Under the pieces are notes generated by a model. It did not search any database and had not been told where the DNA came from. It saw only the letters and a program-made list of their open reading frames with translations. A program made the translations under genes and the position numbers. A DNA stretch of 64,000 bases from Candidatus Eiseniibacteriota bacterium (GTDB taxonomy: Bacteria > Eisenbacteria > RBG-16-71-46): positions 1 to 64,000 of the forward strand of contig JBBRLX010000001.1 in the NCBI GenBank assembly GCA_038231135.1, in the 5' to 3' direction. Positions 10,546 to 19,933 of the stretch are shown here, one piece after another (position 1 is the stretch's first letter; each line of letters begins with the position of its first letter).

Positions 10546-11574
10546 ATGCGGCTCGAGGATCTCGACTACGCGTTGCCCGAGGAACTGATCGCGCAGCACC
10601 CCGCCGCGCGCCGCGAGGACGCGCGCCTGCTCGTCGTCGATCGCACGCGAGGCACGCTCGAGGATGCGGTGTTCGCGGACCTGGGGCGGTTCCTGGTCCC
10701 CGGCGACCGGCTGGTGGTGAACGAGACGCGCGTGCGTCCGGCCCGGCTCGAGGTGCGCCGCCCGAGCGGCGGGCGGATCGAGTTGCTGCTGGTGCGTCCC
10801 GAGCCCGACGGTTCGTGGCGCGCACTCGCGCGGCCCGCCAAGCGCGCGGTGCCGGGCACGGTGCTCGCGACCGCGGATGGCGGCCTCGAGCTGGAAGTCG
10901 TGGGCGCGGGCGAGGACGGCGAGCGCAGCGTGCGCGTGACGCGCGGCGATCTCGCCGCGACACTCGATCGCGAGGGCGAGGTGCCGCTGCCCCCCTACAT
11001 CCACCGCCCGGTCGAGCCGGCCGACCGCGAGCGCTACCAGACCGTGTTCGCGCGCACCGACGGCGCGGTCGCCGCGCCCACGGCCGGACTGCATTTCTCG
11101 ACCGGTCTGCTCGCGGCGCTCGCCGCCCGCGACATCGGGACGCTGCCGGTCACACTCCACGTCGGTCCCGGCACGTTCCGGCCGGTGACCACGGAGGATC
11201 CGCGCGAGCATCGCATGGACGCAGAATGGTTCGAGGTGCCGGCGGCCACCGTCGCCGGGATCGCGACCGCCCGCGCCGGCGGGCGCCGCTCCGTGGCCGT
11301 GGGCACGACGTCGGTGCGCGCGCTGGAGTCGGCGTGCGATCTCAACGGCGACGTGCTGGCGCCGGCGTCGGGCTGGACGCGCGCGTTCATCGTGCCCCCG
11401 CACCGGTTCCGCGCCGTGGATGCGCTGATCACGAACTTCCACCTGCCGCGCACCACGCTGCTGCTGCTGGTCGCGGCGTTCGCGGGAGCGGAGACGATGC
11501 GGCGCGCGTACGCCCACGCCATCGCGAAGCGCTATCGGTTCTATTCGTACGGCGACGCGATGCTGATTGTGTGA
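10546..11574 (+). CDS. queA: SAM:tRNA ribosyltransferase-isomerase QueA
   Basis: LPEELIAQHP, PLPPYI, YQTVFA, AAPTAGLHF, TLHVGPGTF, YRFYSYGDAM. Confidence 0.97.
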   Translation: MRLEDLDYALPEELIAQHPAARREDARLLVVDRTRGTLEDAVFADLGRFLVPGDRLVVNETRVRPARLEVRRPSGGRIELLLVRPEPDGSWRALARPAKRAVPGTVLATADGGLELEVVGAGEDGERSVRVTRGDLAATLDREGEVPLPPYIHRPVEPADRERYQTVFARTDGAVAAPTAGLHFSTGLLAALAARDIGTLPVTLHVGPGTFRPVTTEDPREHRMDAEWFEVPAATVAGIATARAGGRRSVAVGTTSVRALESACDLNGDVLAPASGWTRAFIVPPHRFRAVDALITNFHLPRTTLLLLVAAFAGAETMRRAYAHAIAKRYRFYSYGDAMLIV

Positions 11575-11631
11575 TAGGCGGCGGGCGGTTCATGGCGCCG
11601 GCGATACTCCACGACTTGCCTGCGGCGCGCA

Positions 11632-12234
11632 TTACATCGGAATCGTAGCGTCCGGCTCCGCGCGCCCCAGGCCGCGCGCCGCGAGCTTCACCAGCTCACG
11701 GGCGCCGGGCAGCTCGCCGCGGCCACCGGCGCGGATCCGGCCCTCGGCGTCGATGACGAACCACGAGATCGAGTTGCGTTGCGTCACGGGGTCGATGCTC
11801 GAATAGAGGCCGCCGATTACGCACTGGGGATCGGCGATCACGCCGCACTTGAGGTGCAGGCGCCGCGTGAGCCGGGCGACCGAGCCGACCCGCATGTCGA
11901 ACGCGGCCACCGGCCACACCCCGATTCCCGCGAGCGCGGGTAGCGCGCGGTCGAGGTCGGCGAGCTGCGCATCGCGCGCTCCGAACACCAGCAACACCGG
12001 GCCCTGGGCCATCAGCTGCCGGAACTCGTGCCACGCGCCGTCGGCGCCGAGATAGGAGAACGCCGGCGCGGGGTCGCCGATCACGACGCGGCCGTTGGGC
12101 TCGCCATCACTGCGCCAGCCATTGCCGGGCTCGGTGTCGCGCTCGACGACGGCGGACGAGGTGAGGCCCTCGGCCGCCAGGACTCGTGTGGCGGGCAGCA
12201 ACAACAGCCCGGCGATCAATACTCGGCGCAGCAT
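11632..12234 (-). CDS. Exported AhpC/TSA (redoxin)-fold protein lacking the canonical active-site Cys
   Basis: Signal peptide; IGDPAPAFS..GPVLLVF..VIADP..FVIDAEGRIR pattern; no CxxC or TxxC after the first strand. Confidence 0.65.
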   Translation of the reverse strand: MLRRVLIAGLLLLPATRVLAAEGLTSSAVVERDTEPGNGWRSDGEPNGRVVIGDPAPAFSYLGADGAWHEFRQLMAQGPVLLVFGARDAQLADLDRALPALAGIGVWPVAAFDMRVGSVARLTRRLHLKCGVIADPQCVIGGLYSSIDPVTQRNSISWFVIDAEGRIRAGGRGELPGARELVKLAARGLGRAEPDATIPM

Positions 12235-12490
12235 GACGGAACGCTCCTCGCGAAAGGGACCGGAATGGGATGAACGATGCGGATGGGTGCACTGCGAGGA
12301 CTGCAATCTCAGGGCCACCCGCAACTCATGACGGTTGCTCGGATGCGGCGGCAGAGGACCTGCAGAAACCCACGTGCGCTGTGCGAATTGCCGCAGGCGC
12401 CGGGGGGTGTTCCCCCGATTGCGCGAATCCACCCGGCGCCAAACGACGTTACGTGTTACGTAACTCCGCGCCGGGGTGCCGCCTCGGCCT

Positions 12491-12505
12491 TGGAACTCAT
12501 CTTGC
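12491..12505 (+). promoter_or_regulatory. Sigma54-like (-24/-12) promoter upstream of the RiPP operon
   Basis: TGGAACTCATCTTGC is one mismatch from TGGCAC-N5-TTGC, 110 bp upstream of the RRE start. Confidence 0.55.
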
Positions 12506-12615
12506 GTTATCCCGACGTGACGCAGTGCGAGCAGGCGTTATTCCGTGCCCGCCGCCGCATGCACGTATGTGCTCGCTCCCATTTCATCCAGACCCGGCGA
12601 GGAGGCTCGACAACC

Positions 12616-12897
12616 ATGACCGACACCACCCTCGTGCATGCCCGCACCCGCCACCTCTGGCAGGAGCTGGGCGACGAAGGCGTCATCCTCGACCTCGACG
12701 CAGGCACGTATTTCGGCCTCAACGCCGTGGGCCGCCTGGTGTGGAAGCAAATCCAGTCGCCGTGCACGCTCGCGATGCTCCGGCAGAGCGTGATGGCCGA
12801 GTTCGACGTCGACGCCAAACGCTGCGACCTGGACCTGAGGGCGTTGCTCCAGGCGTTCGCCGCCCGCGGCATGATCGATATGGACGCGGCCGCATGA
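12616..12897 (+). CDS. PqqD-family RiPP recognition element (lasso B1-type)
   Basis: 93 aa after GGAGG; QELGDEGVILDLDAGTYFGLNAVGRLVW..EFDVDAKRCDLDL..GMI. Confidence 0.93.
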   Translation: MTDTTLVHARTRHLWQELGDEGVILDLDAGTYFGLNAVGRLVWKQIQSPCTLAMLRQSVMAEFDVDAKRCDLDLRALLQAFAARGMIDMDAAA

Positions 12898-13337
12898 TGA
12901 ATCCCCGCGCCTGGGCTGTCCTCGAGATCGCGCTCGTATCCGCGCTGCTGCTCCCGTCCGTGCGTGTCGCCGCGGCCCGCGAGCCGTTGCCGAGGACACG
13001 GGCCCGCCTGCGGCGCCTGCTGCGGTCTCGGCGCCGCCCCGCGCGCATCGATGCGGCCGGAGTCGGGCGTGTCGTCTCCGCGATCGGACGTCGGATGCCG
13101 GGAATCGGAACGTGCCTCACGCATGCGCTCCTCGCCGAGGCGCTGTTGCGCCGCGAGGGACATGCGGCGCGGCTCGTGATCGGCGTCGAGCGTCCGGAGC
13201 ACCGACGGCTTGCTGCACATGCTTGGATCGAGAGCCAGGGCGCGGTCGTCGTCGGATCCGCCCGGGATCTCGATCGTTTCACACCCCTCGCGATGGGAAG
13301 GGATTCCCCCAACCCTCGGTCCGCAGGGACCGGATGA
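12894..13337 (+). CDS. Lasso peptide B2-type leader peptidase (transglutaminase-like)
   Basis: TCLTHAL (Cys), LVIGV, AHAWIE (His); ATGA overlap with the RRE gene. Confidence 0.92.
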   Translation: MMNPRAWAVLEIALVSALLLPSVRVAAAREPLPRTRARLRRLLRSRRRPARIDAAGVGRVVSAIGRRMPGIGTCLTHALLAEALLRREGHAARLVIGVERPEHRRLAAHAWIESQGAVVVGSARDLDRFTPLAMGRDSPNPRSAGTG

Positions 13338-13354
13338 ACCCGAAAGGAGCACAT

Positions 13355-13474
13355 ATGCACGAGAACGAAACCCGCAAACCGTACGTTACCCCGGAACTCG
13401 TCGAGTTCGGCTCGGTGGCCGATCTCACCGAGCGGCTCGGCAGCGGCTTCTGCGACGGCAACTGCAAGCAGTGA
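13355..13474 (+). CDS. Lasso-type RiPP precursor, 39 aa (MHENETRKPYVTPELVEFGSVADLTE-RLGSGFCDGNCKQ)
   Basis: AAAGGAG RBS; leader motif YxxPxLxxxGxxxxxT; sits between B2 and the kinase. Confidence 0.92.
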   Translation: MHENETRKPYVTPELVEFGSVADLTERLGSGFCDGNCKQ

Positions 13475-13488
13475 CCCTCGAACCTCGG

Positions 13489-13518
13489 CGGCGCGCCGGA
13501 GAGACAACCGGCGCGCCG
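13489..13518 (+). promoter_or_regulatory. Stem-loop directly after the precursor gene
   Basis: CGGCGCGCCGG-AGAGACAA-CCGGCGCGCCG perfect 11-bp stem without a long U tail. Confidence 0.6.
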
Positions 13519-13536
13519 TTCGCGTTCGGCGGCCTT

Positions 13537-14508
13537 ATGACTTCGAAGCTCTACCACGTGTTCGGCACCGTGCTCGAGAGCGACATCGAGTTGCCCGAGC
13601 TGCCCGCGGCTCTCCGGCACGAAGTGCCCGATTGGTCGTGTCATGCGCGCGCCGCGGCTTCGAGCGACACGCCGAGCCCGTCGAGCCGCATCCAATGGCT
13701 GCATCGCTCGCACGGTGAAGACGGCCGCGTGTGGATCGCCGTCGGCCGCCGCGGCTCCGGGTACGTGATTCGCGTACCGCGTATCGCGGAGTTCGCGATC
13801 GCCGCCGACGGATCCAGGATTCAGTGGCAATGCGTGCGCGGACTCCCGCCGCACACGCTGCGCCACCTGCTGCTCGACCATGTGCTGCCGCGCGTGCTCG
13901 ACCTGCGCGGTGCGCTGGTGCTGCACGCCGGTGCCGTCGCCACCTCGGCCGGCGCAGTTCTGCTGCTCGGCGGCAGTGGCCGCGGCAAGTCGACGCTCAC
14001 CACCAGCCTCGCCCAGCGCGGGTTCGAGATCCTCGGCGACGACGTGATCGTGCTGCGCATGATCGACGGCTGCTGGCACGCGGTGCCGAGCTACCCCGGG
14101 TTGCGGCTGTGGTCGGATTCCGCGGACCGGCTGCTCGCGGACGGCGGGTGCGTGGGACAGGTCGCGCACTACACGGACAAAACGCGTGGTGATGCGCGCA
14201 GCATGGGGGCGCGGTTCGCGACCGGCCCGGTGTCGCTCGCCCGTGCCTATGTGCTCGAACCCGCGGCGGCCGATGCGATCCCGGCGGTGGGCGCGATGTC
14301 GCCCGGCGCCACGTTCGGCGAAGTCGCGGCGCACACGTTTCGCTTCGATCCCGGCGCGCGCGAGGCGCTGCGCGACGAACTCGCGACCCTCGGCCATCTC
14401 GCCATGCAGCCGTGGTTCCGCACGCTGAGCGTGCCACGGTCGTACGATGCGCTCGACCTGGTGCACGACACCATCGTGCGGGACCTCGAACGTGGAGTTG
14501 CGGCGTGA
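13537..14508 (+). CDS. HPr kinase-like RiPP tailoring kinase (PadeK-like)
   Basis: YHVFGTVLESDIELPEL start, LVLHAGAV, Walker A GGSGRGKST, ILGDD, YPGLRLW. Confidence 0.88.
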   Translation: MTSKLYHVFGTVLESDIELPELPAALRHEVPDWSCHARAAASSDTPSPSSRIQWLHRSHGEDGRVWIAVGRRGSGYVIRVPRIAEFAIAADGSRIQWQCVRGLPPHTLRHLLLDHVLPRVLDLRGALVLHAGAVATSAGAVLLLGGSGRGKSTLTTSLAQRGFEILGDDVIVLRMIDGCWHAVPSYPGLRLWSDSADRLLADGGCVGQVAHYTDKTRGDARSMGARFATGPVSLARAYVLEPAAADAIPAVGAMSPGATFGEVAAHTFRFDPGAREALRDELATLGHLAMQPWFRTLSVPRSYDALDLVHDTIVRDLERGVAA

Positions 14509-15704
14509 ACCTCGAGCTCGTGCAACGACGCAGTGCCCCCGGCAAGGGCAGCCTCGCTCTCGAGCTGCGGGTGCTGCTCGACGTGGCGCGCACCCGGCTG
14601 TCGCGCGAACGCCGGCATCACGTCCAGTCCACGATTGCGGGCGGACTCGATGCCGATCGCCTGCTGGCGCTGGCAGCCGGGCACGGCCTGGTACCGCTGC
14701 TGCACCATCATCTTGGCGCGACCGGCGAGCTGCCGGAGCCGGCGCACGAACGGCTGCGCGTCGCCGCGCGCGAGAGCGCGATGCTGAACATGGCGCTGTA
14801 CGCTGAGCTCCACCGCCTGCTCGACGCGCTGGACGCCGCCGCGATTCCCGTCGTGCCCTACAAGGGCCCGGCGCTCGCGGTGTCGCTCTATGGCAACATC
14901 GCGCTGCGCGAGTTCCGCGATCTAGATCTTTTAGTAAGGCCCGAGGATGTGCTGCGCGTGAAGCCGCTGCTGCTCGATCGGGGCTACCGGCCCGAATACT
15001 CGCTGTCTGAGGCCGCCGAGCGCATTCACCTACGAGAATCTTGCGATTATCAGTTCGGCCGCAGCCGCGGGCGTGGCGTCGTCGAGGTGCACTGGGCGTT
15101 GCTGCCGCGCTACCTGTCGCGGCCCATGGAGAGCGGCTGCTGGCAGCGCCTGGTGCCGCGCATGCTCGGCAACCGCCAGGTGCGCGGACTCGCGAGCGAA
15201 GACTTGTTGTTGTACCTGTGCGGCCACGGCACCAAGCACGGCTGGGAGCGACTGACGTGGCTCGTCGACGTGGCTGAATGCGTGCGCGCCGACGCCGGCC
15301 TCGACTGGGACCGGCTGCGCATGCGCGCCGAGCTGCTCAAGGCCAGTCGCGTGCTTCGGCTTAGCCTCGCGATGGCGCGCGATCACCTGTCGCTGGAGCT
15401 GCCCGACGAGATCTCGTCATGGATCGACGAGGACGGCGAGCTGCCGCGCGTGATGCGTTCGATCGCGAACGGCTGGCACGATCCCCGGCCGCGCCGGGCG
15501 ATCACCACGACGCTGATGCATCTGGCCACCCGGGATACTCCGGAGGAACGGTTCCGCTATCTCGTGAAACGCGCCACGAACCTCAACGAGCACGACTGGT
15601 CCTTTGTCGCTTTGCCGGAATCGCTCGTCGGGTTGTACTACCCCTTACGCGTCGTGCGACTGGCGGGGGAGGGGTTGGCGAAGATGGGGAAGACGGGAAC
15701 CTGA
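14505..15704 (+). CDS. Nucleotidyltransferase family protein (NTP_transf_5-like)
   Basis: GTGA overlap with the kinase; VPYKGPALA..YG..REFRDLDLLV, VEVHW, HGTKHGWERLTWLVDV. Confidence 0.88.
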   Translation: MNLELVQRRSAPGKGSLALELRVLLDVARTRLSRERRHHVQSTIAGGLDADRLLALAAGHGLVPLLHHHLGATGELPEPAHERLRVAARESAMLNMALYAELHRLLDALDAAAIPVVPYKGPALAVSLYGNIALREFRDLDLLVRPEDVLRVKPLLLDRGYRPEYSLSEAAERIHLRESCDYQFGRSRGRGVVEVHWALLPRYLSRPMESGCWQRLVPRMLGNRQVRGLASEDLLLYLCGHGTKHGWERLTWLVDVAECVRADAGLDWDRLRMRAELLKASRVLRLSLAMARDHLSLELPDEISSWIDEDGELPRVMRSIANGWHDPRPRRAITTTLMHLATRDTPEERFRYLVKRATNLNEHDWSFVALPESLVGLYYPLRVVRLAGEGLAKMGKTGT

Positions 15705-15996
15705 AAGCCGAAGGCCAGCCACGTCCCCGGTCTGATCTGTTACCAGTGTGCCCGGTCCGTACCGACGAATTACCTTGACGTGCTTTCGAGCTGACCTTCC
15801 GGTACCTCGCCGCATGTCGTTTCGATCCACGCCTGTGCGCCCACAACGCGAGTTTGCGATCCCGTTCGCTCATCGACGCGGATGCCTCTCATAACTCAGC
15901 GCTTAACGCGATCTCACGCGATCTGCGAGCCTGAAATCAGGCCGCGCTACAATGATCGCGTCAACGCCCCCGCTCATTCCATTCCGCGAGCGTCCC

Positions 15997-16690
15997 ATGA
16001 ACAGCAACGCGTTTCGCCACATCGCCGACCGGACCCTGCTTCAGAATCTCGACGCGACAGTTCGAGTTGATTGCGGCACCACGGCCAGGATGCTGGGCGA
16101 GATCGGCGAGGTCGATAGGCTCCGGCTGTACCTGGGTGAAGGCCACCCGTCGATGTACGCGTACTGCGTGAACGTGCTGAACATGTCGCCCGACATCGCG
16201 TACAAGCGCATCCGCGTCGCTCGCGCGCCCGGCGGTTCCCGGCGCTTTACAAGCTGGTTGCTGAAGGCCGGTTGCATCTCAGTGCCATCGTGATGCTGGC
16301 GCCGTATCTGACGCGAGACAACGCCGACGACTTGGTGGCGGTGGCCACACGCAAGACCAAGATCGAGATCGAACTGCTGATCGCCGAGCGCTTCCCGCGG
16401 TTGGATCTGGCGACGCAGATCAAGCCGATCTCCCCGTGGACCCCGCAACTGGCCCCGGGGCCAGTTGAAGCGACCCCGCCGAGGCCAAAGCTCACGCCGC
16501 TGTCGCCGGAAAGATTTGGGTTGCAGGTCACGATCGACCGGAGCACATACGACACGCTATTGCTTGCGAAAGCGTTGCTCAGTCACGCGATGCCATCTGG
16601 CAACGTCGTGGAAGTGCTCGACCGGGCGCTGGACGTGCTCACCAGCAGCTCGAGCTGCGCATGTTCGCGGCGACGGACAAGCCCCGCGCC
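15997..16690 (+). pseudogene. Frameshifted, truncated DUF222-like / HNH-associated gene
   Basis: Three frames join into one protein: ...SMYAYCVNVLNMSPDIAYKRIRVARA / RRFPALYKLVAEGRLHLSAIVMLAPYLT...VLDRALDVL / QLELRMFAATDKPR; shifts near 16228 and 16642; no HNH domain follows. Confidence 0.7.
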
Positions 16691-16723
16691 TGTGGATTGC
16701 TCACGGCTTCCGCGTTCCGCAGA

Positions 16724-18274
16724 TCATAACGGCATGTTCCCGTGCTTCTTCCACGGCAGCGTCTGGCGCTTGTTGCGCAGCATCTCGAGCGCGGCGATCA
16801 GCCGGGGCCGCGTGTCGCGGGGGTCGATGACGTCGTCGAGGTAGCCCAGCTCGGCGGCGGCCCACGGGCTCGCGAACTTGTCGTTGTACTCGGCGATTAG
16901 CCGCTTGCGCTCGGCCGCCGGGTCCTTGGCCTTCGCGATCTCTTCGCGATAGAGAATATTTACGGCGCCGTCGGCGCCCATCACGGCCATCTCGGCGCTC
17001 GGCCACGCCACGTTGAAATCGCCGCGGATGTGCTTGCTCGACATGACGTCGTACGCGCCGCCGTAGGCCTTGCGCACGACGACCGTCAGCTTGGGCACGG
17101 TGGCCTCACAGTAGGCGTACAGCAGCTTGGCGCCGTGGCGGATGATGCCGCCCCATTCCTGGCGGGTGCCGGGCAGGAACCCGGGCACGTCCTCGAACGT
17201 CACGAGGGGCACATTGTACGCGTCACAGGTGCGTACGAACCGGGCGCCCTTGACCGACGAGTCGATGTCGAGCACCCCGGCGAGCACATTGGGCTGGTTC
17301 CCGACGATCCCCACGGGCCGTCCGTTGAGCCGCGCGAAGCCCACGATTAGATTGCCGGCGAAGTGCTCGTGGACCTCGAAGAACTCGCCGTCATCCACGA
17401 TGCGCCGCACGACGTCTGTCATATCATAGGGCTTGTCCGAGGACTCGGGCACCACTGTGGCCAGCTCCTGGTCGCGGCGGTCGACGGGATCGGTGCAGGC
17501 GCGGCGCGGGGGCTCTTCCATGTTATTGGCAGGCAGGAACGAGAGCAGGCGTTTCACAGTGCGCAAGGCATCGGCGTCGTCCTGTGCGGCGAAATGCGCG
17601 ACGCCGCTCTTCGAGTTGTGCGTCATCGCGCCGCCGAGATCCTCGAACGAGACTTCTTCGGACGTCACGGCGCGGATCACCTCGGGGCCGGTGACGAACA
17701 TGTGGCTCGTGCCCTCGACCATGATCGTGAAGTCGGTGATCGCGGGGGAGTACACGGCGCCGCCCGCGCACGGGCCCATCACGGCTGAGATCTGTGGCAC
17801 CACGCCCGATGCCAGCGTGTTGCGCAGGAAGATATCGGCGTAGGCGCCGAGCGATACCACGCCCTCCTGAATACGCGCGCCGCCGGAGTCGTTCAGTCCG
17901 ACGACCGGCGCGCCATTGTCCATCGCGAGATCCATGATATTGCAGATCTTGCGGGCGTTGGCCTCGCTCATCGTGCCGCCGAACACGGTGAAGTCCTGGG
18001 CGAAGCAGTAGACCTGCCGGCCGTCGATCGTGCCCCAGCCGGCGACCACGCCATCCCCGGTGATCTTCTTCTTCTCCATCCCAAAGTCGGTCGAGCGGTG
18101 GGTGACGAACGTGCCCAACTCGACGAACGATCCGGCGTCGAGCAGCAACTCCAGACGCTCGCGGGCGGTGAGAATGCCCTTGGCGTGGAGTTTGGCGACG
18201 CGCTCGGGCCCGCCGCCGGCCAGGGATTCCTCGCGGCGCCGCTGGAGTTCGGCCAGACGCTGCTCTTTGTTCAA
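16724..18274 (-). CDS. pccB: Acyl-CoA carboxylase carboxyltransferase subunit (propionyl-CoA carboxylase beta type)
   Basis: [56 protein letters not shown] start. Confidence 0.92.
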   Translation of the reverse strand: MNKEQRLAELQRRREESLAGGGPERVAKLHAKGILTARERLELLLDAGSFVELGTFVTHRSTDFGMEKKKITGDGVVAGWGTIDGRQVYCFAQDFTVFGGTMSEANARKICNIMDLAMDNGAPVVGLNDSGGARIQEGVVSLGAYADIFLRNTLASGVVPQISAVMGPCAGGAVYSPAITDFTIMVEGTSHMFVTGPEVIRAVTSEEVSFEDLGGAMTHNSKSGVAHFAAQDDADALRTVKRLLSFLPANNMEEPPRRACTDPVDRRDQELATVVPESSDKPYDMTDVVRRIVDDGEFFEVHEHFAGNLIVGFARLNGRPVGIVGNQPNVLAGVLDIDSSVKGARFVRTCDAYNVPLVTFEDVPGFLPGTRQEWGGIIRHGAKLLYAYCEATVPKLTVVVRKAYGGAYDVMSSKHIRGDFNVAWPSAEMAVMGADGAVNILYREEIAKAKDPAAERKRLIAEYNDKFASPWAAAELGYLDDVIDPRDTRPRLIAALEMLRNKRQTLPWKKHGNMPL

Positions 18275-18523
18275 GACGCCTCCAATGGGAAGGACACCTG
18301 CGGGGAACCCCGGGCATGGAACCGGATTCCCGCAGCCCGGTCAAGAACGGCCGCCAAATTCGAAGAGATGCACGGGTCACCGGCGTGCATTAGAGTGGCG
18401 GCGCTCGGAATGCGTTCCGCCTCTCCGGATCGAATTCCGGCGGCTGCAGTCGGGCCTCGGCTACTCTCCGGTGATCTCGTGGCCCGCCGGAGCCGGAAGC
18501 ATCCGCACCTTTCGGAGGATTCA

Positions 18524-19933
18524 ATGCAAGCGCACTTCATACGAGTCTCCCGCCGCGCGCTAACGTGCGCGTTTGGGCTCGGCGCCCTGCTCGCGCTGAC
18601 CGCGACTGTGGCCGGGGCCGAGACACCAGCTTTGAAAGTAACGTATCAGGTATTCACGCTCGCCAACGGGCTCAGGGTGATCCTGCACGAGGACCACAAG
18701 GTGCCGGTCGTGTCGGTGAACACCTATTACCACGTGGGCTCGGGCGACGAGAAGCCCGGCCGCACCGGGTTCGCGCACCTGTTCGAGCACATCATGTTCA
18801 TGGGCTCGCAGCATGTGCCAACCGGCGAATTCGACAACCTGCTCGAGTCGGCAGGGGCGAACAACAACGGCTCGACGAACGAGGACCGCACGAACTACTA
18901 CGAAGACGGCCCGTCGAATTCCGTGCCGCTGATGTTGTGGCTGGATTCGGATCGCATGGGCTACCTGTTGCCCGAGATCAACAAGGACAAGGTCGATCTG
19001 CAGCGCGGCGTGGTGCAGAACGAGCGGCGGCAGTCGTACGAGAACCAGCCCTACGGACTCAGCGAGGAGAACATCCTGAGCCGGCTCTACCCCGAGGGGC
19101 ACCCGTACCACTGGCCGGTGATCGGGTCGATGACCGACCTGAACGCCGCCTCGATCACCGATGTGCGGGAGTTCTTCAAGAAGTACTACGTGCCCAACAA
19201 CGCCACGATGTGCATCGCTGGCGACATCAAGCCCGCCCAGGCGCGTGCGTGGGTGGAGAAGTACTTCGGCAGCATTCCGCGCGGTCCGAAGAACGTGCGC
19301 CCCACGGCGCCGGCGTTCCACATGGCCACCAACGTGTACGGTACGATCGAGGACCACGTGCAGGTTCCGCGCGTATACGATGCCTGGCACTCGCAGAAGT
19401 CGTTCGCGTCCGACGACGCGGCGCTGCAGGTGATGGGCGAGGTGCTCGCCGGCGGCAAGTCGTCGCGGCTCTACAAGCGCCTGGTCTACGAGCTGCAGAT
19501 CGCGAACCAGGTCAACGCCTATCAGGACGGCGGGCGGCTCGACGGCAAGTTCGTGATCTTCTCGACCGCGCGGCCGGGGCACGACCTGAACGAGCTGCAG
19601 AAGGTGATCGATGCCGAGGTCGGCAAGCTCGCCGAGTCGGGGCCGACGCCGCGCGAGCTGGAGCGCGTGAAGAACAGCACCGAGTCGGCGTTCATCGGCG
19701 CGATGGAAGAGGTCGGTGGTTTCGGGGGCAAGGCGAGCCAGCTCAATTACTACGACTACTTTCTCGGTGAACCGGATTCGTTCCAGGCCGACCTGCAGCG
19801 CTATCTGTCGGTGACCGCGGCTGACGTGCAACGGGTCGCGAAGCAGTATCTCGAGACTCCGCACCGCGTGGTGCTGAGCGTCGTGCCGCAGGGTCAGACC
19901 AAGCTCGCCGCCACGGAAGGAGTGCAGCCATGA
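18524..19933 (+). CDS. M16 (pitrilysin-family) zinc peptidase, catalytic subunit
   Basis: Signal peptide after GGAGG; GFAHLFEHIMF (HxxEH), NGSTNEDRTNY, VQNERR. Confidence 0.93.
   Translation: MQAHFIRVSRRALTCAFGLGALLALTATVAGAETPALKVTYQVFTLANGLRVILHEDHKVPVVSVNTYYHVGSGDEKPGRTGFAHLFEHIMFMGSQHVPTGEFDNLLESAGANNNGSTNEDRTNYYEDGPSNSVPLMLWLDSDRMGYLLPEINKDKVDLQRGVVQNERRQSYENQPYGLSEENILSRLYPEGHPYHWPVIGSMTDLNAASITDVREFFKKYYVPNNATMCIAGDIKPAQARAWVEKYFGSIPRGPKNVRPTAPAFHMATNVYGTIEDHVQVPRVYDAWHSQKSFASDDAALQVMGEVLAGGKSSRLYKRLVYELQIANQVNAYQDGGRLDGKFVIFSTARPGHDLNELQKVIDAEVGKLAESGPTPRELERVKNSTESAFIGAMEEVGGFGGKASQLNYYDYFLGEPDSFQADLQRYLSVTAADVQRVAKQYLETPHRVVLSVVPQGQTKLAATEGVQP

Noticed and set aside
16724..18274. 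Possible substitute cyclase for the RiPP operon
   Set aside because: Ordinary carboxyltransferase on the opposite strand with no asparagine-synthetase motifs.
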